Position numbers and translations under genes: made by a program. 64,000 bases of DNA from Clostridia bacterium (lineage in GTDB: Bacteria; Bacillota; Clostridia; Oscillospirales; CAG-272): assembly GCA_017420755.1 (NCBI GenBank), contig JAFQOG010000016.1:5768-69767 (forward strand), written 5' to 3'. Positions 29,398 to 39,303 of the stretch are shown here, one piece after another. The notes under the pieces are model-generated. The model made no database searches, was not told where the DNA came from, and worked only from the letters and a program-made list of their open reading frames with translations. The number at the start of each line of letters is the position of its first letter. The stretch's first letter is position 1.

Positions 29398-30837
29398 ATG
29401 GCAAACGACAATAAGAAAATGGTAGAGCAAATCACCTCAATGGATGTTGATTTTGCTCAATGGTACACAGATATAGTTAAAAAGGCGGACCTTATCGACT
29501 ATTCAAGCGTTAAGGGCTGTATGATAATTCGCCCATACGGATATGCAATTTGGGAAAATATTCAAAAATTGCTTGATGCTCGCTTTAAAGCAACAGGCGT
29601 TGAGAATATTTATATGCCAATGTTCATTCCTGAAAGCCTTTTGAATAAGGAAAAGGCTCATGTTGAGGGCTTTGCCCCCGAGGTTGCATGGGTAACTCAT
29701 GGCGGTAGCGAAAGACTAACAGAGCGTCTTTGTGTTCGCCCAACCTCAGAAACACTTTTCTGTGAGCATTATGCAAATATAATAAGATCCTATCGTGACC
29801 TACCAAAGCTCTATAATCAATGGTGTAGCGTTGTAAGATGGGAAAAAACAACCCGTCCATTCCTTCGTAGCCGTGAATTCTTGTGGCAAGAGGGACACAC
29901 AATGCACGCAACAGCAGAAGAGGCAGAGAAGGAAACACTTCAAATGCTCGGCGTTTATGCAGATTTCTTTGAAAGCGATCTTGGAATCCCTGTTCTCAAG
30001 GGTAAAAAGACCGATAAGGAAAAGTTCGCAGGCGCTGTTGCAACCTATACTGTCGAGGCTCTAATGCACGACGGAAAGGCACTTCAGGGTGGAACATCTC
30101 ATAACTTTGGTGATGGCTTTGCAAGAGCATTTGGTATTCAATATCTCGATAGAGATAACACTCTCAAATTCTGTCATCAAACCTCGTGGGGAGTTTCTAC
30201 AAGAATTATAGGCGCTATAATCATGACACATGGTGACGATAACGGACTTGTATTGCCACCTGCAGTTGCTCCAATCCAAGTGGTTGTTATTCCTTGCGCA
30301 CAGCATAAGCCCGGTGTTATCGAAAAGGCAACAGAGGTTTATAACAAGGTAAGCACCTTTGCAAGAGCAAAAATTGACACGAGCGATAACTCGCCGGGCT
30401 GGAAATATGCCGAGTACGAAATGAAGGGCGTTCCTGTTCGTCTTGAAATAGGACCTCGCGATATTGAGGCAAATCAATGTGTTCTTGTTCGCCGTGATAC
30501 AAGAGAGAAGAAGGTTATATCTCTTGACAATCTTGAAAGTGAAATTACCGCGCTTCTTTCGGATATTACAGCATCACTATATAAGAGAGCCTCAGAGAAC
30601 AGAAGCAACAGAACCTACACCGAAACAGAGCTTGATGCCTTCATTAATACCGCAAAAACCAAGTCCGGTTATATTAGGGCTCATTGGTGTGGTGACGAGG
30701 CATGCGAGCTAAAGCTCAAGGAAGTAGCAGATGTTACATCTCGTTGTATGCCATTTGATGAACAGGGCGAGGACGGCACATGTATTTGCTGTGGCAAGCC
30801 AACTAAAACGATGGTTTATTGGGGAAAAGCATACTAA
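29398..30837 (+). CDS. proS: Proline--tRNA ligase (eukaryote/archaea-like type)
   Basis: 'DFAQWY', 'RPTSET', '[10 protein letters not shown]', 'QTSWGVSTR', C-terminal Zn site ending 'KAY'. Confidence 0.97.
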   Translation: MANDNKKMVEQITSMDVDFAQWYTDIVKKADLIDYSSVKGCMIIRPYGYAIWENIQKLLDARFKATGVENIYMPMFIPESLLNKEKAHVEGFAPEVAWVTHGGSERLTERLCVRPTSETLFCEHYANIIRSYRDLPKLYNQWCSVVRWEKTTRPFLRSREFLWQEGHTMHATAEEAEKETLQMLGVYADFFESDLGIPVLKGKKTDKEKFAGAVATYTVEALMHDGKALQGGTSHNFGDGFARAFGIQYLDRDNTLKFCHQTSWGVSTRIIGAIIMTHGDDNGLVLPPAVAPIQVVVIPCAQHKPGVIEKATEVYNKVSTFARAKIDTSDNSPGWKYAEYEMKGVPVRLEIGPRDIEANQCVLVRRDTREKKVISLDNLESEITALLSDITASLYKRASENRSNRTYTETELDAFINTAKTKSGYIRAHWCGDEACELKLKEVADVTSRCMPFDEQGEDGTCICCGKPTKTMVYWGKAY

Positions 30838-30995
30838 AATATCTCAAAAATACCAATATTTTGCACTACTTAACAAAAAATTTATAATTTAGTATAAAAA
30901 AAGTATAAAAACATCTTGTTTTTTTGTACAACATTATGATATAATATCTATGGCGAAATATGCTAATTGGAAAAATTATTAGGAGGTAAAGAATT

Positions 30996-32561
30996 TTGAA
31001 AAAGATTTTCGCACTTTTGCTAATCTTGTGCATGCTTCTTCCTGCAGTTGTTTCTTGTAAAGGAAATGAAGAAACATCATCTTCAGAAGAAAGCTCATCA
31101 AGCGAGTCTTCATCAACCACTGAATCTGGTGGCGACGAAGAATCTGGTGGCGATGAAACAAACCCAAATCCAGGCGAAGAAAAGCCAAAGTTTAGCTCAA
31201 AAGACACAGTTCTTCCTAACTGGAGTGGCAAAACACTAAATGTTCTTGCAACCAGATATGGAGACACAGCAGGCGCACCATGGGGACAAATGGAGCTCAA
31301 TCCAGCAGCCTTTGGTGAAACAATCAACGCGGCATTTAATACTCGTCAAGCAAAGATTTTGGAGCTTTATGGCGTAACTGTTGAATGGCAGGACGCTAAC
31401 GCTAACCAAACAATTTATGACGATCTATCTACCGCAATGACATCTAAGGATACTCACTATGAGATTGCTATTCCTCGTGCTCACGAGGTTCAGGCTCTTG
31501 TTCAAAACGGTCTTGTTTTGGATATGGCTCAAAGTGATTACCTAACATTCACAAAGAACGATTACTTCAGCGATGCTGCATATGAGGCATTCACAGTAGC
31601 TGGTAGAACTATGTTCGCAGCTGGTGGCTTTGACTTCTCAGACGACCAAACAGCATACATGCTCTTCTATAACAAGGAGCTTGCTGCTGAATACGGCGTT
31701 GAGGACCTTTACTCAGCAGTAAAGGACGGCACATGGACCTTTGACACCTTGAGAAACCTCTCAAGACTTGTTCAAAAGGACGATGGAGACCTAACTCCTG
31801 ACGATGACGATACATACGGATTTGCGACAAAGAACCTTGGTCGTTTCTATGCATACGCAGGTATTAAGGAAGCTTATGTTGACCCGGATACAGGCGAATA
31901 CACAGTAACTCTTAACAAGGATCCTGCAAAGGTAAAGAAGGTTGTTGAAAATATTATAGAGGTTGTTAAGGGCACAAAATGGGCTCGTCACGGCCAAGAC
32001 CCAGACGGAGTTAACGGTTGGGGCGGAAGCTGGGGTGGCAATGCTACTACAGCCTTCAACGACAAGAGAATTCTCTTCTTTGAAGAGGTTGCACAACAGA
32101 TCGATAACATGAGCACAATTACATTTGAGCTCGGTGTTCTTCCTTTCCCAAAGCTTGACACAGATCAAGATAGATACTACTCACCAACAACAGTAGTACA
32201 AACCACATTCATTTGTGCTCCACAGTGCACAAGCGATAAGGATATGTCATTCTACTTCGTAGATGTTCTTTCATGGACAGGACAAGAGTATGTAATTCCT
32301 GCTTATCAAGCAAAGCTTGAGGCTGCTGTTGCCGGCGAAGAGGATATGGAAATCTTCAACGACTACATTTTCAAGAGCCTAACTTATGATGTAGGTGCTA
32401 TTACATGTAGCTGGAACGGACTTCTTACCGATGTAATTAATAAGTCATATGCTAACGGTACAGATAACTTTACCGAGCTTTACGACCAATCACAAGAGCA
32501 AGCTAAGCTCACAGTTGGTACATGGAATGACGCTTGGAACTCATATTTCGAGGTTAATTAA
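30996..32561 (+). CDS. Extracellular solute-binding lipoprotein (sugar ABC SBP-like), orphan
   Basis: AGGAGG RBS, TTG start, lipobox VVSC (Cys21); 'FYNKEL', 'VKDGTWTFD', 'GVLPFPKLD'. Confidence 0.8.
   Translation: MKKIFALLLILCMLLPAVVSCKGNEETSSSEESSSSESSSTTESGGDEESGGDETNPNPGEEKPKFSSKDTVLPNWSGKTLNVLATRYGDTAGAPWGQMELNPAAFGETINAAFNTRQAKILELYGVTVEWQDANANQTIYDDLSTAMTSKDTHYEIAIPRAHEVQALVQNGLVLDMAQSDYLTFTKNDYFSDAAYEAFTVAGRTMFAAGGFDFSDDQTAYMLFYNKELAAEYGVEDLYSAVKDGTWTFDTLRNLSRLVQKDDGDLTPDDDDTYGFATKNLGRFYAYAGIKEAYVDPDTGEYTVTLNKDPAKVKKVVENIIEVVKGTKWARHGQDPDGVNGWGGSWGGNATTAFNDKRILFFEEVAQQIDNMSTITFELGVLPFPKLDTDQDRYYSPTTVVQTTFICAPQCTSDKDMSFYFVDVLSWTGQEYVIPAYQAKLEAAVAGEEDMEIFNDYIFKSLTYDVGAITCSWNGLLTDVINKSYANGTDNFTELYDQSQEQAKLTVGTWNDAWNSYFEVN
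31122..31157 (+). repeat. 18-bp tandem duplication encoding ESGGDE x2
   Basis: GAATCTGGTGGCGACGAA / GAATCTGGTGGCGATGAA. Confidence 0.85.
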
Positions 32562-32580
32562 TTACTAATCCAATAAAAAT

Positions 32581-32653
32581 AAAAATCACCGACTCTGTCG
32601 GTGATTTTTTTCGCTAAAAAAGCAAGCTATGATTTTTCCATAGCTTGCTTTTT
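32581..32653. terminator. Two adjacent intrinsic terminators between convergent genes
   Basis: AAAAATCACCGAC-tct-GTCGGTGATTTTT and AAAAAGCAAGCTATG-N8-CATAGCTTGCTTTTT. Confidence 0.85.
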
Positions 32654-32656
32654 AGA

Positions 32657-33265
32657 TTATTCCTTTACAAATTTCTTTACAAATGGAACGAGCATTCCAC
32701 CAAGTGCATTGCCGAGAATAACTATTAGAATAAATAGTAGATATTCAAACGAAAATGCTCTTGCTACTGCAAAATAAAACATATCTGCAATTGAGTGCTC
32801 AAACCCACAAAGAATGAAAACAGGAACGCAGAACACAATGCCTGCAATGGATTTGTGAAGCTTGTAAATATGTACAGCAGTGTACATTAAAATACCGCAC
32901 ATAAACGCAAGGAAGAACACACCACCAAGATTGAGGTCAAGCTTGCTCTGACACATACCCTTAGCAAATTCATGCACAGAGGGCAAAGCATAGCTAACAA
33001 GAACACCACCAAGCGTAGCTCCTATAAAGTTTCCGCCAAGCCCACAAAGAAGGGATAAAATAGCCTTTTTGGAGTAGTCCTCTACAATGTAGCCAACCTT
33101 TCCTGTAAACAGGAACAAGCCAAGCATACAAATAGAGAGAAGCGCAACCGCAAAGAAAATAGATCCCATGATTTTATTTCCCGATATGGCAACAGAAATG
33201 AATACAGTTCCGCCAATGGAAATAAAAGCGCCGGCAAGAAGCGAGTTTAGAAACGCATTTTTCAT
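32657..33265 (-). CDS. Formate/nitrite transporter family protein (short form)
   Basis: 'LAGAFISIG', 'LFTG', 'GNFIG', 'FILCGFEHSIADMFY', 'GNALGG'. Confidence 0.88.
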   Translation of the reverse strand: MKNAFLNSLLAGAFISIGGTVFISVAISGNKIMGSIFFAVALLSICMLGLFLFTGKVGYIVEDYSKKAILSLLCGLGGNFIGATLGGVLVSYALPSVHEFAKGMCQSKLDLNLGGVFFLAFMCGILMYTAVHIYKLHKSIAGIVFCVPVFILCGFEHSIADMFYFAVARAFSFEYLLFILIVILGNALGGMLVPFVKKFVKE

Positions 33266-33396
33266 AGCTTCTCCTTTCAATATAAGTCATATAGTGAATA
33301 TATTCTACCATAAATATTATATAATTTCAATAAATATATTGAAGATTTTAATAATATATGGTAAAATTAAAGAAAAAATATATAACGGAGCATATT

Positions 33397-35601
33397 ATGG
33401 CAATTATAAGAAACGATAATGACAAAACCTTTACGCTTTATACTAAAAACACAATGTATCAATTGAAAATAGACGAAATAGGTGCGCTCGTAAATACATA
33501 TTATGGCGCAAAAATGGACTATACAGATATGTACTATGCAGTTCGTCCCGAGTTTGGCGCATCATTTTCTCCAAATCTTGCCCAAACGAATGATAGTAGC
33601 TCTTGCCATTCCTTTAATCATATTCATAGCGAGCTACCGGTTGCAGGAATGGGCGATTTTCGTCTAACTACATTAGGCGTAAGAAACACAGATGGCTCTT
33701 ATGGAGCAGACCCTAGATATTATGATGCAAAAATCGAGAATGGTAAGTATTCAATAAAGGGACTTCCTGCCTTTTATGGCGATGAAAGTGAGGCACAAAC
33801 TCTTATAATTACATTAAAGGATAATGTTTATGACATATATTTCCACCTTTATTATGGAGTTTTTGAGGAATACGACCTTATCACTCGTAGTCTTGTTGTG
33901 GAAAATAAAACTAACGCCTCAATTCATCTTGAAAAGGCAATGTCAATGGCTCTAAATCTCCCCTGTGGCTCATACGATATGATGTATTTCCATGGAAGAC
34001 ACATGAGAGAAAGAATACTTGAAAGAACAAGAATTAATCACGCCAAGGTATGCGTTGAAAGCGTTCGTGGCGCATCATCTCATATGCATAACCCCTTCGT
34101 TATAGTTTGCGATAAAAACGCAACAGAGGATGCGGGCAGTGCATGGGGAATAGGACTTGTATATAGTGGAAACTTTGAAATATCCGCTATGAAAAATCTT
34201 CAAGAAAAAACCCGTGTTGTAGCTGGAATTAATCCCGAAAACTTCAATTTCGAGGTAGAGGCAGGAGCAACCTTTGAAACCCCCGAGGTTGCTATGGTAT
34301 ATAGCAAAAATGGCTTTGCAATCCTTTCAAATTGTTTCCACAAGGCAACAAGAAACAACCTCTGTCGTGGTAAATTCAAAAATGCGCGTCGTCCTGTCCT
34401 TATCAATAGCTGGGAGGCTGTATATTTCAACTTCAATGCCGATAAGCTCGTAAGCATGGCAGAGGAGGCGAAGAAATTAGGCGTCGAGCTATTCGTTTTG
34501 GACGATGGTTGGTTTGGCAAGCGCGATAATGACCATAGTGGTCTTGGTGACTGGACACCTAACGAGGAAAAGCTCCAGGGAACACTAAAATCTCTGTCCG
34601 AGAGAATAAATGAACTCGGAATGCAGTTTGGAATTTGGTTTGAGCCCGAGTGTATAAACCCTGATAGTGATTTGTATCGTGCTCATCCGGATTATGCGCT
34701 CGCAATGCCAAATAGAGAGCCACTCTTGTCAAGAAATCAATATGTTCTTGACCTATCAAGAGATGATGTAATTGAAAACATTTACAACCAATTAGTAAAT
34801 GTACTTGAAAACGCAAATATTTCATATGTAAAATGGGATTTCAACAGACATCTAACCGATGTTTATAGCGCTAAGCTCCCCGCGCACAAGCAGGGAGAGG
34901 TGTATCACCGTCATATGCTAGGCGCATATAAGCTTTTGGAAAAGGTAACTCAGCGCTTCCCGAACATTCTATTTGAGAGCTGCTCGGGTGGTGGCGGACG
35001 CTTTGATTTTGGCTTGCTCCATTATATGCCACAGGCTTGGACAAGTGATAATACCGACGCAATTGACCGCCTGAAAATCCAATACGGCACCTCATTTGCG
35101 TACCCCGTTTCTACAATGGGCGCTCATGTTTCTGTTTGTCCTAACCATGGAAACGCAAGAATAACACCTCTAAAAACAAGAGGAAATGTGGCTTATTTTG
35201 GCACATATGGTCTTGAGCTTGATGTTAGCAAGATGACAGAAGAGGAAAAAGAAGAAATCAAGCGTCAAATAGTAGAGTTTAAAAAATACTATGACCTAAT
35301 TCAATATGGTGATTATTATAGACTTATCGCCCCATTTCCAGATGAGGAAAGCCTGTTTTGCGCATGGGAAACAGTCAAGGACGATGGCTCAGAGGCACTT
35401 GTGTGCGTAGTTCGTTATGAAACGGATTGCTGTACTGCACCCGAATTTGTCAAGGTTAAGGGACTAAAGCCAAACCAACTGTATAGAATAAATGGTAGCG
35501 AAAAAACCTATCTTGGCTCAGCTCTAATGAATATCGGCTTCTTGATTGAATATAATTTCATATCATATCCATCTAATCTATATCACATTACGCAAGCGTA
35601 A
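33397..35601 (+). CDS. Alpha-galactosidase (GH36)
   Basis: 'NSWEAVYF', 'ELFVLDDGWFG', 'FGIWFEPE', 'YVKWDFNR', 'CSGGGGRFD', 'WTSDNTDA'. Confidence 0.95.
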   Translation: MAIIRNDNDKTFTLYTKNTMYQLKIDEIGALVNTYYGAKMDYTDMYYAVRPEFGASFSPNLAQTNDSSSCHSFNHIHSELPVAGMGDFRLTTLGVRNTDGSYGADPRYYDAKIENGKYSIKGLPAFYGDESEAQTLIITLKDNVYDIYFHLYYGVFEEYDLITRSLVVENKTNASIHLEKAMSMALNLPCGSYDMMYFHGRHMRERILERTRINHAKVCVESVRGASSHMHNPFVIVCDKNATEDAGSAWGIGLVYSGNFEISAMKNLQEKTRVVAGINPENFNFEVEAGATFETPEVAMVYSKNGFAILSNCFHKATRNNLCRGKFKNARRPVLINSWEAVYFNFNADKLVSMAEEAKKLGVELFVLDDGWFGKRDNDHSGLGDWTPNEEKLQGTLKSLSERINELGMQFGIWFEPECINPDSDLYRAHPDYALAMPNREPLLSRNQYVLDLSRDDVIENIYNQLVNVLENANISYVKWDFNRHLTDVYSAKLPAHKQGEVYHRHMLGAYKLLEKVTQRFPNILFESCSGGGGRFDFGLLHYMPQAWTSDNTDAIDRLKIQYGTSFAYPVSTMGAHVSVCPNHGNARITPLKTRGNVAYFGTYGLELDVSKMTEEEKEEIKRQIVEFKKYYDLIQYGDYYRLIAPFPDEESLFCAWETVKDDGSEALVCVVRYETDCCTAPEFVKVKGLKPNQLYRINGSEKTYLGSALMNIGFLIEYNFISYPSNLYHITQA

Positions 35602-35607
35602 AAAAAT

Positions 35608-35633
35608 GCGCACCTGTATCTAAACAGGTGCGC
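35608..35633. terminator. Intrinsic terminator hairpin between convergent genes
   Basis: GCGCACCTGT-N6-ACAGGTGCGC. Confidence 0.7.
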
Positions 35634-35643
35634 TCTTGTTAAA

Positions 35644-36600
35644 TTAATTAGGAGAGTCAGCTCCAAATTCAGCCTCAAGCTGCTTGTTGAACTCCTCGGC
35701 GGTGTTATATCCCATCTTTTTAAGACGGAAATTCATAGCTGCGATTTCAATAATCGCTGCAATATTACGACCACTCGCAACAGGAACAGTAATAGAAGGA
35801 ACCTTTATTCCCAAAATCTCGGTGTACTCATTTTCAAGACCCATTCGGTCATAGTTTTTGCCTTCAATCCAATTTTCAAGCTCAATTACAAGCTCAATTT
35901 TTTCAGTTTCCTTAACAGCTCCCATACCGAATATGCGTCTAACATCAATGATGCCAATTCCACGAAGCTCCATATAGTAGCGAATGATTTTAGGAGCTCG
36001 TCCAACTAGAGTTTTTTCGGAAACCCTGCTTATCTCAACTGCGTCATCAGCTATAAGACGGTGACCGCGCTTGATAAGCTCAATTGCGGTTTCGCTCTTA
36101 CCAATACCGCTATCACCCAAAATAAGAACACCCTCACCATAAACCTCAACCAAAACTCCGTGACGAGTAATTCTTGGCGCAAGATGAACATTAAGAGAAG
36201 AAATAATGCTGGAAATAAATGAGCTTGTGTGCATCTTAGTTCTTAAAACGGGAATATGATATTCCTTTGCAAGCTCAGTAATCTCGGGGAACGGATCTAT
36301 ATTTCTTGTTATAATTATGCAAACAGGATTTTTAGCAAGAAAATCTCCAACCCTTTTAACTCTTTCGTTAGGAGATAATTTGCTAAGATAAATTGATTCA
36401 ACGCGTCCAATAATTTGAATTCTTTGAGGGTCAAAATATTCAAAAAAACCAGCCAAGGGAAGACCGGGACGAATTACATCGGCGTGTGTGATCATAACAC
36501 TATCAATGTTATCGGGCGCGTAAAGCGTTTCAAGGCTGAATTCCTCTATTAATTGAGTTAGAGGAACAGAGTACTTATTGTGATGGGCTATATTATCCAT
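35644..36600 (-). CDS. hprK: HPr(Ser) kinase/phosphorylase
   Basis: 'RPGLPLAGFF', 'HGVLVEVYGEGVLILGDSGIGKSE', 'LIADD', 'ELRGIGII'. Confidence 0.96.
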   Translation of the reverse strand: MDNIAHHNKYSVPLTQLIEEFSLETLYAPDNIDSVMITHADVIRPGLPLAGFFEYFDPQRIQIIGRVESIYLSKLSPNERVKRVGDFLAKNPVCIIITRNIDPFPEITELAKEYHIPVLRTKMHTSSFISSIISSLNVHLAPRITRHGVLVEVYGEGVLILGDSGIGKSETAIELIKRGHRLIADDAVEISRVSEKTLVGRAPKIIRYYMELRGIGIIDVRRIFGMGAVKETEKIELVIELENWIEGKNYDRMGLENEYTEILGIKVPSITVPVASGRNIAAIIEIAAMNFRLKKMGYNTAEEFNKQLEAEFGADSPN

Positions 36601-36689
36601 AATTAACCTCGTTTTATAGCTTTTAAAAATACTTATATAAAGATTGTAACACATAAAAAACAAAATTTCAATAAATTAAGGAGAAAATA

Positions 36690-37538
36690 ATGGTAGTTAT
36701 TGAAAATAGGACATCTCCAACAATCATAATAAATGTAAATGGACGAGTGCTAGAGCTAAAAAATATACCGCAAGAGGCGTTTAGCCTGTTGCGAATCGGT
36801 GAGGATGTATTTGAATTAATAGATGCAAACGCTCTTAGAAAGCTTTCAATGTATTCCTCGAAAATTGAGCTTATAAAAACAAAGCTGGAAAAATATCCAT
36901 ACGCCCTTGCTCGAGTAAGAGGTAAGGGTAACGGAAAGCATATAAAAATAGTTCTCTTAGACGAGGTGGCAATTAAAAGCAATCAAATTGAGAGTGTTGA
37001 AGGTGCACTAGCGATGTACGCTTCACAAATGAAAGCGAAATCAAACATATGTAGCAATGCTTTGAAGGTTATAGAAGACATATTTACCAAAATCAGAGAA
37101 GAAAGAAAAATGCTAGTTGGAGCTAGTCTTGAGCTAAATTCCTCAAAAGAGGTGTTTCTTAAAATAGATGAGCCAAGCTTGTGCCTGCTACTTAGCTTGA
37201 CTATCTCAAGCCTTGCCGAAATAGGCAATAATAATCTTGAAATAAGTGTTGATGAAAATGGTATAATTAAGCTTAGTGCCACAACTAAGGAGACTCTCTA
37301 TGTAAACGATATTGATGGCATATTGAAGAAATATCCACATCTAATTGCCAAAGTAGTGCTAATTGAGGATATTTGTGAAAACGAGGCAATAGAAATTAAG
37401 ACGATGGCAACAATTCATAATGCCATAATAGAATATAAAATTCCTGTTGGAAGCCATGGCGAGCGCTATGTTAAAAACGACTATACTCAAGATAATGATA
37501 TTATAAAATGGGCACTTGAGCTTGCGTCATTATTATAA
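36690..37538 (+). CDS. Hypothetical protein, possibly degenerate PAS plus HATPase_c fold
   Basis: AAGGAG RBS, 282-aa ORF; weak pattern similarity only. Confidence 0.6.
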   Translation: MVVIENRTSPTIIINVNGRVLELKNIPQEAFSLLRIGEDVFELIDANALRKLSMYSSKIELIKTKLEKYPYALARVRGKGNGKHIKIVLLDEVAIKSNQIESVEGALAMYASQMKAKSNICSNALKVIEDIFTKIREERKMLVGASLELNSSKEVFLKIDEPSLCLLLSLTISSLAEIGNNNLEISVDENGIIKLSATTKETLYVNDIDGILKKYPHLIAKVVLIEDICENEAIEIKTMATIHNAIIEYKIPVGSHGERYVKNDYTQDNDIIKWALELASLL

Positions 37539-37554
37539 ACAATTAAAAACGGTT

Positions 37555-37582
37555 AAAAAAGAGGCATTTCTGCCTCTTTTTT
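37555..37582. terminator. Bidirectional intrinsic terminator
   Basis: AAAAAAGAGGCA-tttc-TGCCTCTTTTTT. Confidence 0.85.
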
Positions 37583-38009
37583 AGCTTAACAATAAAATAG
37601 CAAGAAGAAAAACTATATCGTTATTTTTCTCATCTCCATCGGTCATAAGTAGAATAATTAAAGCAAGAATTAAAAGCTGATCCTTATCAAGAGAGCGAAA
37701 AAGCTTTTCTATAAAAGGCTCATTATTGACATCGCTTGCGGTGTCTTCTTCCGAAAATATCTCTTGTGGCTCGTTTGGCGTAAGCACCTCAACTATATCA
37801 TTTAATGGATTTTCCTGTGCGATAAAATCCTGCTCATCATAAAGCTCCTCCGGTTCTGCATTTTGCGATACGAATGTAGGAGAGTGAGCGTGCCGTGTAG
37901 CACCACCCACCTCGCCACGATGTGTTTTTGTTTGAGGCTCACTTGCGGGCGAAAACCTACTTCCGCTATAATTTTGTGGTATAGAAAAGCCTGAATATTT
38001 ACTATACAT
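37581..38009 (-). CDS. Hypothetical protein (disordered acidic body, C-terminal hydrophobic hairpin)
   Basis: GAGGT RBS; 'DQLLILALIILL...FLLAILLLS'; third gene of a compact operon. Confidence 0.75.
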   Translation of the reverse strand: MYSKYSGFSIPQNYSGSRFSPASEPQTKTHRGEVGGATRHAHSPTFVSQNAEPEELYDEQDFIAQENPLNDIVEVLTPNEPQEIFSEEDTASDVNNEPFIEKLFRSLDKDQLLILALIILLMTDGDEKNNDIVFLLAILLLS

Positions 38010-38011
38010 AT

Positions 38012-38392
38012 CTACCTCACAAGCTTCATAATTTGAGTAATCTTTTCAATTTTGAGTATGCTATCAATCATTTGCGACCTCTTTTCGCTAAGATAAGGCT
38101 TTAAGGCGCAAAGCAAGGCGGAGCTTCGAGAAATGCTTGATAAAAGCACCTCTAAGCCACTAGCTCCTTCGCTTGAAGCTTCATCAGCCTCGATCGTAGC
38201 ATCTTCTAATGGGGAGTCCGCTGTATCGTCACCATTACCCACACCCATAGTAGATGATAAAAGGCCTATAACATCGGGAAGTGACGCATTCGCATCTCCA
38301 TCGTGAGAGCTTAAAATCCCCGATATTTTGTTCATTAAATCATCGTTTTCTAGGATTGACGAAAGCGCCCCTTCAAGCTTTAGCTCACTCAT
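38012..38392 (-). CDS. Hypothetical protein
   Basis: 'ALLCALKPYLSEKRSQMID' motif seen in clostridial sporulation-associated hypotheticals; ATGA overlap with the upstream gene. Confidence 0.75.
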   Translation of the reverse strand: MSELKLEGALSSILENDDLMNKISGILSSHDGDANASLPDVIGLLSSTMGVGNGDDTADSPLEDATIEADEASSEGASGLEVLLSSISRSSALLCALKPYLSEKRSQMIDSILKIEKITQIMKLVR

Positions 38393-38610
38393 TTTTTGCC
38401 ACCCTTGCCACTAAGAAGAGCAGTAACTCTTTCAATGTCTGCATCAGTTAAATTTGATAAAATTTCTCGTAGCTTGGTCATATCCTCGGGTCTCTTTATG
38501 TCCTTTAACGCATCAGTGCCGGAGCGAGAAATCGCAAGCTTGATCGTGCTCCAAAGACGATCATCATTCATTTTTAAAATCATATTAATTGTGTTTTTAT
38601 CTATTTTCAT
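38389..38610 (-). CDS. Small hypothetical protein
   Basis: GGGGGTG RBS, 73-aa ORF coupled to the next gene. Confidence 0.7.
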   Translation of the reverse strand: MKIDKNTINMILKMNDDRLWSTIKLAISRSGTDALKDIKRPEDMTKLREILSNLTDADIERVTALLSGKGGKK

Positions 38611-38713
38611 AATTACACCCCCTTGCCTTACCATTTTATGCTTGCTATCAAGACTTGACACTCCCTTAAAGCTGTGATAAAATAATACATAGAATTAAAT
38701 AAGGAGAAATTCA

Positions 38714-39190
38714 ATGAAAATATTAGTTTTTTCCGACTCTCACGGGAATTTTAAGGCGATAAATGACGCATTAGAGCTTCATCATGGAGAAGCCGATCTC
38801 GTTATATTTTTAGGAGATGGCGCAAGAGATATTTCTTTAATTGAAGAAAAATATCCGTCACTTGCTATCTTTAAAGTCAAGGGCAATTGCGATTTCATGT
38901 GCGAGCATCCAACAAAATCAATCTTGAACCTAGATGGAGTGAGAATATTAGTAACTCACGGTCACGAATATGATGTAAAATACTCGCTTAATAAAATAAT
39001 GTACACAGGCTTTGAAAACGAGCTTGACGCGGTGCTTTTCGGTCACACTCACCAGCCACTTGATACAGTAGAAAGGCTAAACGAGCGCTCGCTTAGGCTT
39101 TTTAACCCCGGTAGCATTGGCATGGGAAAAACCTATGGAGTGATAGATATAATCAATGGAGTGCTAATTACGAATATAGCGCGCCTATAA
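38714..39190 (+). CDS. YfcE/YsnB-family metallophosphoesterase
   Basis: 'SDSHGN', 'LGD', 'GNCD', 'THG', 'GHTH', 'NPGS'; promoter TTGACA-N17-TAAAAT at 38655-38683. Confidence 0.92.
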   Translation: MKILVFSDSHGNFKAINDALELHHGEADLVIFLGDGARDISLIEEKYPSLAIFKVKGNCDFMCEHPTKSILNLDGVRILVTHGHEYDVKYSLNKIMYTGFENELDAVLFGHTHQPLDTVERLNERSLRLFNPGSIGMGKTYGVIDIINGVLITNIARL

Positions 39191-39303
39191 TGCATAAAAA
39201 TGTGTAAAAACCATGCCAAAAAACACAAAAAGGTGTTGCATTTAATGCACGCATGTGATACAATTAATATAAACAAATATATTATTTTATGGAGGATTCC
39301 AAA

